Below, piece by piece: positions 18,522 through 25,563 of a stretch of 32,000 nucleotides of DNA. Position numbers and translations under genes: made by a program. The stretch comes from Zestosphaera tikiterensis. GTDB taxonomy: Archaea > Thermoproteota > Thermoprotei_A > Sulfolobales > NBVN01. The stretch is from NCBI GenBank assembly GCA_003056265.1, contig NBVN01000002.1, positions 450,001-482,000 on the forward strand. Direction: 5' to 3'. Position 1 is the first letter of the stretch; each line of letters begins with the position of its first letter. A model generated the notes under the pieces. That model was not told where the DNA came from. It did no database searches and saw nothing but the letters and a program-made list of their open reading frames with translations.

Positions 18522-19023
18522 GGTGAGTCATGCTTTACGTAAGAAAGAGTTGAAGGAATTGAGAGACGACGTTTGTCAGCATATGGGGGGTTTATGTGAT
18601 TACCTAGGTGAGTTTGAGTCGGGTTTCTTATCGGTTAAAGACGAGTTTAAACTTTACATAATCAACAACATACCTTCGTTCGTTGAGTTAAAAGACGGTA
18701 CTTTAATACCTACGTTAGTTCTTTTGAAGATGGCGGGCATTAAATCTTTGAATTACGTTGTCGTAGATGAAGGAGCTGTAAAGCATATATTAAACGGTGC
18801 CGATGTTATGGCTCCTGGAATAACGGAAACTACGGTGTTTAACGTAAGTGATTTAGTAGCTGTTTGGAACCCAACTAGAACTGCCCCTCTATGTGTAGGT
18901 AAAGCGTTAATGAGTAGTGAAGAAATCATGAAGGTTAGGAAAGGTAAAGCAGTTAAAAACTTACATCACGCGGGCGATGATATCTGGAAGGCTTGTTTGG
19001 AGTTTGTAAGTAAGTCTAAATAG
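18514..19023 (+). CDS. PUA-domain RNA-binding protein (MCT-1/Tma20-like, COG2016 type)
   Basis: 169 aa. VVVDEGAVKHILNGADVMAPGI and KGKAVKNLHHAGDDIW. Overlaps the upstream gene by 8 nt. Confidence 0.8.
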   Translation: MCKVSHALRKKELKELRDDVCQHMGGLCDYLGEFESGFLSVKDEFKLYIINNIPSFVELKDGTLIPTLVLLKMAGIKSLNYVVVDEGAVKHILNGADVMAPGITETTVFNVSDLVAVWNPTRTAPLCVGKALMSSEEIMKVRKGKAVKNLHHAGDDIWKACLEFVSKSK

Positions 19024-19040
19024 GAGTTGATGTTTTTAAC

Positions 19041-19607
19041 TTACGTTGGTTTTTTGGCGAAGAGCTTCTTAGGATTGACTAAATGGAAGACCCTACCAGC
19101 TCCATGAAGCAATATATTAGTCTTGGTGAAGTCTATAGAGTATTCATCGACTAAGTCTTTAACTACCTTAACATTTAACACTTTAAACACGTAAAGCGAT
19201 ACCTCACCAACTTCGAAAACATTCAGAACTTCACATTCCATTATTGCTATAGAACCTTTAAGTCCTGGAACCTTCACTAAAGTGCTTGGGATCACCTCAA
19301 GCTTAAACTTAGAGACTTTATCTACGTCGCGGCCTGAAACGCTACCTAACTCGTAGGTTAGCTGTAGTTGATCTTGACTAGGTATGTTTAACGTAGCTTG
19401 AGGGTTTTTCCTCAAGCATTCATTAGTGTAGGATTCCTTATCTACAACTACAGCTACCGTAGGAGGTTCCTCGCTGACGGGCGTATTCCAGCTTGCTGGC
19501 ATGAAGTTTACCCTACCGTCTTCACAGATCGTACCAACGATTAAAGTAGGTCTTGGATGTAGAACTCTATAGAATTTTCCTGTGTAGTTTACGTACATGT
19601 TTAACAA
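19041..19607 (-). CDS. flavin reductase-like FMN-binding domain protein
   Basis: 188 aa. HPRPTLIVGT...GRVNFMPASW is typical of the flavin reductase-like split-barrel family. Confidence 0.8.
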   Translation of the reverse strand: MLNMYVNYTGKFYRVLHPRPTLIVGTICEDGRVNFMPASWNTPVSEEPPTVAVVVDKESYTNECLRKNPQATLNIPSQDQLQLTYELGSVSGRDVDKVSKFKLEVIPSTLVKVPGLKGSIAIMECEVLNVFEVGEVSLYVFKVLNVKVVKDLVDEYSIDFTKTNILLHGAGRVFHLVNPKKLFAKKPT

Positions 19608-19635
19608 CCTCTAACTTATGTGGGGCTTCCATCAA

Positions 19636-21234
19636 TTAAAAAGATTTAAAGGTTTTATGTCTTAATATATTGAACCTCGTGGTTAAGTACTTCGTGTTTA
19701 CCCCTACATCCACGCGATGTATCCACGGCGGGTCTTCCCAACCATGGCTTACGTATTTAAACATATTTAAGCTTAAGTCTTTTAAAGCTCGTTTAAACGA
19801 GCTTATCCCTAAGCCGTTGCGTGCCCACTCAATGATAAGGTTTGAAGTTTCTTCGTTTCCTAAAGCTATAACGGATTGAGCAAACCCCCAGTTAACGTCG
19901 TAGGTCTCGACCTCCACGTATTTACTTTTTAGCTCGCTAACGTATAGCTCTAGCGCTTTCCTTAGATTTAAGACGTAAGACGGTGGTAGGTATTGATATG
20001 GTGTCCAAGGCTTAGGTATTAACGGGTTTACCGTGATTCGAAAGAACTTACGTTTTTTAATGTTTAACTCGCTTACGAGCTTACTTATAAGGTTTTTAAG
20101 CTTGGTTACGTTCTCTTCTACGTCTCCTTCCGTAAACCCTTCTATGAAGTACATCTTAACATGGTTAAACCCTACCCTATAGGCGTTGCTTAAAACCTCA
20201 CTTAAAGTTTCTTGATCTACGCACTTACCTATTAAACATCCTATATGCTTGTTTAGAGTTTCCGGCGCTATAGTTAAGGTTTTCTGACCTAAAGCTTTCA
20301 CCACTTCCAACCTGCTTAAGGTAAGGTAATCAGGTCTTAAGGAGGGTATGCTAGCCTCTATAGATTCATTGCTTAAGTAGTTTAAGAACGCGTCGGCGTG
20401 AGGCACGTCAAAAAGCGAGAGCGAATATATGACTACCCTCTTAACTGGAGAGTATTTCAACCCATATTCGACGATGTTCCTTAACGTGGTAAGCGATCTA
20501 AACCTGAAAGGATTCATTACATGGCCTTCCATGCAGAACGCGCAGAACCTCCTGCAACCTCTAGAGACCTCGACTCTAAGGCCGTGTCCGTAAATCGGCT
20601 CCTCCTCAAGAGGATATACCTGAATTCTAGGGTAGTATGAAGCGTTTAAATCATCAACGAAATACCTACGTTTAATCACATCGCTTGAAAACGTAAAGAC
20701 GAAATCCAACCCGCTTAAAACATCTAAAGGGTTTGAAGCTGTTGAAATTTCAGGCAGCTTTTCGAGGAAGGCCTCACCCTCCCCTAAAACGACGGCGTCA
20801 GCAATACCTGCTAGGGGGAGTGGGTTGGCTGTTGATGCGATCCCACCCACAACGACTAAAGGTTTAGAACCCCCTTTAACTTTAGGGAGGAGGTTAAACC
20901 TCAGTAAAACCCTAGCTAGAGTTACATAATCAAACTCAAAAGAAGTCGACACTAAAAGCATGTCAAGCTTATTAAAGGGTAAGTTAGAGTCTAAAGCCTC
21001 AACAACGTCCTCTTTAAAATCGTATACATACCTATACGCTGAAACACTGTCAACCCCATTTAAGAAAGCGTAGGCCATGTGAGTGAACGTAGAACTCATA
21101 GCCGCCTCATAAGGCAAAGGAATAAAAACACCTACTTTAAAATCTGTAGGCCTACCCCTCTTGAAGAAAGGATTTACCTCCTTCCTACGCTTAACTACAA
21201 ACACAGACCTCTCCACCAACCACAAAGACAACAC
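19636..21234 (-). CDS. radical SAM protein with N-terminal B12-binding-like/Rossmann-like domain (COG1032 type)
   Basis: 532 aa. Single CxxxCxxC motif VEVSRGCRRFCAFCMEG. N-terminal domain KVGVFIPLPYE...VVVGG. No obvious auxiliary-cluster Cys motifs. Confidence 0.8.
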   Translation of the reverse strand: MLSLWLVERSVFVVKRRKEVNPFFKRGRPTDFKVGVFIPLPYEAAMSSTFTHMAYAFLNGVDSVSAYRYVYDFKEDVVEALDSNLPFNKLDMLLVSTSFEFDYVTLARVLLRFNLLPKVKGGSKPLVVVGGIASTANPLPLAGIADAVVLGEGEAFLEKLPEISTASNPLDVLSGLDFVFTFSSDVIKRRYFVDDLNASYYPRIQVYPLEEEPIYGHGLRVEVSRGCRRFCAFCMEGHVMNPFRFRSLTTLRNIVEYGLKYSPVKRVVIYSLSLFDVPHADAFLNYLSNESIEASIPSLRPDYLTLSRLEVVKALGQKTLTIAPETLNKHIGCLIGKCVDQETLSEVLSNAYRVGFNHVKMYFIEGFTEGDVEENVTKLKNLISKLVSELNIKKRKFFRITVNPLIPKPWTPYQYLPPSYVLNLRKALELYVSELKSKYVEVETYDVNWGFAQSVIALGNEETSNLIIEWARNGLGISSFKRALKDLSLNMFKYVSHGWEDPPWIHRVDVGVNTKYLTTRFNILRHKTFKSF

Positions 21235-21244
21235 GCAAATAATC

Positions 21245-21251
21245 TTTATAA
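21245..21251 (+). promoter_or_regulatory. TATA box of tRNA-Ala gene
   Basis: TTTATAA ends 23 nt upstream of tRNA position +1. Confidence 0.55.
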
Positions 21252-21273
21252 GCTATCCGAGTAAATTTAGTAA

Positions 21274-22001
<728 letters not shown>

Positions 22002-22673
22002 TCATGTCTTAACTCTGTAGATTATGTGTATTTCATTTCCGCACATGCAGGTTCTATAGCTTATTAACTCTAGCTTTAACCAACTGTTGATGTCTGTAAA
22101 GCCCTCGCCTTCTACTGGTGTTGTAGCTTCTTTGCCTCCTATTATGTATGGTGATATCGTTACTCTAAATTCGTCTACGAGTTTTTCCTTGATGAAGCTC
22201 CATATAAGGTTTCCACCGCCTTCGATTAGAAGCGTTTTAACGCCTTTACTGTGTAGGGTATTCAGTATTGTGTTCGGTTCTATAAACCCGTCTTTACTTT
22301 CTAACGTAACTACATCAACGCCCTTAGCGATTATAGCTTTTACTTTATCTTCAGGTGCTTTATTAGAGGTTATCAGAAGCGTTGGTGCTTTACTAACGTC
22401 GAATACTTTAGCGTTCGTAGACACAACTAACTTACCGTCGATTACCACCCTAATAGGGTTCCTACCTGAGGCGAGCCTAACCGTTAATTCCGGATTGTCT
22501 TTAACCACGGTGTTAGCGCCAACCATCACAGCATCTACGGAAGCTCTTAACTTATGTAGTCTAACCTTATCGTAATAACAACTAAGTCTAGACTCACCAG
22601 TTCTTGAAGCGATTTTACCGTCTGCCGACATCGTTACGAATATAATCACGTAAGGCCTCAACACCCGTCCCAA
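22002..22673 (-). CDS. arfC: 2,5-diamino-6-ribosylamino-4(3H)-pyrimidinone 5'-phosphate reductase (RibD C-terminal-domain homologue, archaeal ArfC type)
   Basis: 223 aa. Motifs RPYVIIFVTMSADGKIAS, MVGANTV and LIEGGGNLIWSF. No fused deaminase domain. Confidence 0.85.
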   Translation of the reverse strand: MGRVLRPYVIIFVTMSADGKIASRTGESRLSCYYDKVRLHKLRASVDAVMVGANTVVKDNPELTVRLASGRNPIRVVIDGKLVVSTNAKVFDVSKAPTLLITSNKAPEDKVKAIIAKGVDVVTLESKDGFIEPNTILNTLHSKGVKTLLIEGGGNLIWSFIKEKLVDEFRVTISPYIIGGKEATTPVEGEGFTDINSWLKLELISYRTCMCGNEIHIIYRVKT

Positions 22674-23784
22674 CCCTACAGTATGCTAATAAACCATGAA
22701 TAATTAAACCATCCACCAACTCCATCCCCCCACGTTTAATTAAACCAACATATTTATTCCTAGCTATCTCTAAAGGTGTGTTGTAATACCTTACGAAAAG
22801 TATGTTGGCTTGCTGCCCCTCATCTATGAAGTTACGTATATTTACAGGGCTGGCGTTAGTTAAGGCTTTCAAAACCCATCTAGGGTCGTTAATACCTTGA
22901 TACCTTAACAGAAAATAAAGTAATTCAGCGTCACGCCATATATCAGGCTTTACCCAACCAGCGTTGTCCGTACCTAATGAAACGTTAACGCCGGTTTCAT
23001 AGATTTTCCTAATCTTTGGAAGTCCTGAAGTAAACCATAGGTTAGACCTCAGACATAGAACCACCGGAATGTTTAAGTTTTTAATTGAATCTAACTCCTC
23101 ATCATTTAACCATACAGCATGTATGACTGCGTTTGGCTTACCTGCCTTCAACAACTTACTTAAGTCGCCTTCCTCGTGAGTATCGGCGGTTTCCGAGATA
23201 TGTGAATGAAGTAACTTACCTGAAGTTGATGCTTTATTGAAGATCTTTTTTAGGTCTTCTTCCTTGAAGTAATGCGGTGATGAAATGCCTATGCCGTCAG
23301 CCACACTTAATATTTGAGTAACCTCAGCGTCAACGTCATCATGCTTTGAAGGCATGCCTAAAACGTAATGTGTTGGAAGTCTTCTACCGTAATCAATAAG
23401 CAAACCTTTAACACCTAACTCACGGAACTCAGCTATAAACCCAACCCCCTCACTCACTATGTAATTAACAACCTCGGAAAGCCTTAACCTCAGCGATTCT
23501 ACGTCTAGCGTGTTAAGTAATACGTACTTAAGCCCGTAGGGCTCACCAACGACAGAGTCTATATCTAAATCCCACCCAGACTCCAATATAGCGTAGTCTA
23601 GCAAGTGGGTGTGCATGTTAGCTAAAGGCGGCACCGCAACATACCCTCTTAAATCAACAACACCGGAGGAAGACTTTGACAAGCTCTCAATCACACCTTC
23701 ATTTAAGACTATAGTTAAGGGACCTTCAACGAACTCCAAGTCCTCACCTATGAAAGCTCCAGAAACGGAGAAGCTTATCCCCAC
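22615..23784 (-). CDS. amidohydrolase-superfamily deaminase-type enzyme (COG0402-like: guanine/cytosine/MTA deaminase relatives)
   Basis: 389 aa, GTG start. Metal ligands NMHTHL (HxH), HSHISET (HxxE signature of the deaminase clade) and LGTDNAG. The 3' end overlaps arfC. Confidence 0.8.
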   Translation of the reverse strand: MGISFSVSGAFIGEDLEFVEGPLTIVLNEGVIESLSKSSSGVVDLRGYVAVPPLANMHTHLLDYAILESGWDLDIDSVVGEPYGLKYVLLNTLDVESLRLRLSEVVNYIVSEGVGFIAEFRELGVKGLLIDYGRRLPTHYVLGMPSKHDDVDAEVTQILSVADGIGISSPHYFKEEDLKKIFNKASTSGKLLHSHISETADTHEEGDLSKLLKAGKPNAVIHAVWLNDEELDSIKNLNIPVVLCLRSNLWFTSGLPKIRKIYETGVNVSLGTDNAGWVKPDIWRDAELLYFLLRYQGINDPRWVLKALTNASPVNIRNFIDEGQQANILFVRYYNTPLEIARNKYVGLIKRGGMELVDGLIIHGLLAYCRVGTGVEALRDYIRNDVGRR

Positions 23785-23794
23785 GTCCGAAAGC

Positions 23795-23814
23795 CCTCGC
23801 CATTTATGGCGGGG
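23795..23814. promoter_or_regulatory. imperfect palindrome CCTCGCCA-TTTA-TGGCGGGG between the TATA-like element and the start codon of the amidohydrolase-arfC operon
   Basis: 7 of 8 arm positions are complementary at the DNA level (8 of 8 with G:U as RNA). It sits 11 nt upstream of GTG 23784 and just downstream of the minus-strand CCTTATATC (23813-23822). Confidence 0.4.
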
Positions 23815-24171
23815 ATATAAGGCTTATAAGCTTTCCCCACCAAGTCATAGCTTAAGTTTAATCCATGACTTTAGTCTACGTTAGGAGGTGGGGCAGTATG
23901 TTGGGAATCTGACCCAGAGTCAAGCGAAAGGACGTACCTCTAAATTAATGAACTGCTCTGAAGAATAAGGATTCCTTAGGGGGACTCGAATCAAGCTTGA
24001 CGTAGTTTAAAGGGCTATATACGTATTATAGTTATGAAGGATCTTTATAGGATTTTCCTCTATAGAGGGTTGGATTTAACGCTTTAGGACTTCCTTAAAG
24101 CCATTTTGCCTTTTATGTAATTCCTTGGTATTCTCAGATATTCTTAATTACTTTATTATCCTTACTTAAAG

Positions 24172-24179
24172 TTTATATA
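24172..24179 (+). promoter_or_regulatory. TATA box (TTTATATA, preceded by purine-rich AAAG) driving the downstream G+C-rich RNA
   Basis: Consensus-like archaeal TATA. The composition switches to G+C-rich about 24-28 nt downstream. Confidence 0.5.
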
Positions 24180-24202
24180 TGTTGGTTGAGTAGTTTTTGT
24201 TT

Positions 24203-24390
24203 GGTGTTGATGAGGGGGTTTATCCACCTGTAGGGTAGGTGGATCCCTGAGTGGGTATCGTGGAGATGGGGGAAGAGTGGTTAAGCGTATGCGGGGGTGC
24301 CTGGGGTCGCCCCTAAGAGCCTCTGCTGTGAAGGATGAAGCCAGACGGAGCGGAGGAACAAAACATGAGGGGATGAAGAAAGTGGTTAGG
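24203..24390 (+). ncRNA. unclassified structured RNA candidate (K-turn-like motif plus three hairpins)
   Basis: An abrupt G+C-rich block in an otherwise AT-rich 600-bp gap. UUGAUGA 24207-24213 and CUGA 24247-24250 bracket a perfect 8-bp hairpin, 24222-24229/24237-24244. Second hairpin GGGGUG/CGCCCC at 24294-24313. Third stem CCUCUGCU/AGCGGAGG at 24320-24327/24349-24356, followed by ACA at 24358-24360. No ORF. Ends are uncertain. Confidence 0.45.
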
Positions 24391-25054
24391 GAAATCGTTC
24401 AGACCTGAACCCGTATTCCCCAATTAAAGGTACGAAAACGCAGGGTACGTTATCCCTTACTTTTATCCTGCCTTCGAAGTCTTTATCAACTATCTTAAGT
24501 ATCTGCATGTATAGATCCCCTACAGGTATTAAAAGCCTCCCGCCAGGCTTTAACTGCGTTAGTAGAGGTTCCGGTATGGTTGGTGCTGCCGCAGTAACTA
24601 TGATTTTATCGTAGGGTGCTTGCTCTTCATAGCCTTTACTACCGTCTCCTACGATGACCGTTACGTACTTGTCATAACCTGTTTTTCTTAAGTTGTTTTT
24701 AGCGAATTCAGCTAGCTCAGCTATCCTCTCCACACTCCACACGTGTCCTTCAGGTTTAACAATCTCAGCTAAAACAGCTGCTTGATATCCACTTCCAGTA
24801 CCGATTTCTAAGACTTTATCCCCTCTCTTAGGCTGTAGAAGCTCCGTCATAAGCGCTACCATATGCGGGGCACTTATCGTCTGTCCATAACCTATCGGTA
24901 ACGGCTCATCTAAATACGCTGACTCCCTATAGGCTTCAAGCACGAATTCCTCCCTAGGAACCTTCTTCATAGCTTCAATAACATGCTCCGACTTTAGAAT
25001 ACCTTCATCAATCAAGGCTTCAATTAACCTCATCTTCCTCTCTTCTAAGCTCAT
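24386..25054 (-). CDS. pcm: protein-L-isoaspartate O-methyltransferase
   Basis: Motifs ISAPHMVA and [20 protein letters not shown] place the start at [15 protein letters not shown] (ATG 25054). The track's extra 21 N-terminal residues (to 25117) look non-native. Confidence 0.9.
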   Translation of the reverse strand: MSLEERKMRLIEALIDEGILKSEHVIEAMKKVPREEFVLEAYRESAYLDEPLPIGYGQTISAPHMVALMTELLQPKRGDKVLEIGTGSGYQAAVLAEIVKPEGHVWSVERIAELAEFAKNNLRKTGYDKYVTVIVGDGSKGYEEQAPYDKIIVTAAAPTIPEPLLTQLKPGGRLLIPVGDLYMQILKIVDKDFEGRIKVRDNVPCVFVPLIGEYGFRSERFP

Positions 25055-25146
25055 CTGAAACCCATTTAATATCGTCAACGTAACAAATAAGGATGAAGGC
25101 CTTAAGGTGATCTTCAATCGAGGGATGTGAGGTTTACGTAGATGTT

Positions 25147-25563
25147 GTGAAGTTTAAAGGGCATGAAAACATTAAAGCCACGCATAAAACCACGCTTGAA
25201 ATAACTAAGGAGGATTATTTAACGCCTAGAGGGGACTGCATCATAGGTGTTTCAGCAAGTAAGGGGTTGAGCGACTTACGCCCGGAGGTTAAGCAAGCGT
25301 TGAAGTCCTCGAAGTCTAGAGTCTTTCTCTTAATCGTTGACGCGGAAGGCAATTACGACGTGGTTTCAGGGGTTGGTGATCCAAGACTAGAGCTTAGTGA
25401 CCCAACAAGAATAATCGTTAGAAAGTCTAACTACATATCCCCAAACACTTTATTTATAAACGCAGATAAAGCAGCTAAGGATTTAAATGTGAATATAATA
25501 CGTAATTTAAGAAGCGGCAATCAAGCTATAGCTTTAATAGTGGTTTTAACATGTAAAAATTAG
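25147..25563 (+). CDS. DUF371-family protein
   Basis: 138 aa, GTG start. [31 protein letters not shown] matches my recollection of the DUF371 signature. Confidence 0.7.
   Translation: MKFKGHENIKATHKTTLEITKEDYLTPRGDCIIGVSASKGLSDLRPEVKQALKSSKSRVFLLIVDAEGNYDVVSGVGDPRLELSDPTRIIVRKSNYISPNTLFINADKAAKDLNVNIIRNLRSGNQAIALIVVLTCKN

Noticed and set aside
22615-22673. The 59-nt overlap of amidohydrolase and arfC as evidence of a frameshifted fusion gene or a sequencing error.
   Set aside because: Both proteins look complete in their own frames: the amidohydrolase extends past its last conserved segment, and ArfC begins with the usual RPYVI..SADGK. Alternative arfC starts (GTG/TTG at about 22664, ATG at 22634) shrink the overlap to about 20 nt. 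Ordinary operon overlap is sufficient.
23885-24170. Micro-ORFs (15-17 codons, for example ATG 23866 and ATG 24034) and a CAAGCTTG-centred partial repeat in the AT-rich left part of the long intergenic gap.
   Set aside because: They are too short, with no ribosome-binding or promoter context I can defend. The repeat is only about 6+6 nt. I cannot distinguish any of this from noise without comparative or expression data.
24203-24390. Possibility that the G+C-rich block is a tRNA, a split-tRNA half, an SRP (7S) RNA or a canonical C/D sRNA.
   Set aside because: There is no GTTCRAATC T-arm or cloverleaf. There is no SRP helix-8 motif (the GNAR-capped ...GGAAGG.AGCAGC... type) on either strand, and the block is too short for archaeal SRP RNA. 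The 33-nt distance between the C-like and D-like boxes cannot hold the 12-nt guide / D' / C' / 12-nt guide layout. It is left as unclassified.
25055-25117. 21-residue N-terminal extension of the pcm ORF ([21 protein letters not shown]) as a signal or anchor sequence.
   Set aside because: Archaeal PCMTs are cytosolic proteins of about 210-220 aa. The internal ATG at 25054 gives a typical N-terminus ([14 protein letters not shown]..) and a 92-nt divergent promoter region shared with the DUF371 gene. The extension is most likely just an upstream in-frame codon run.
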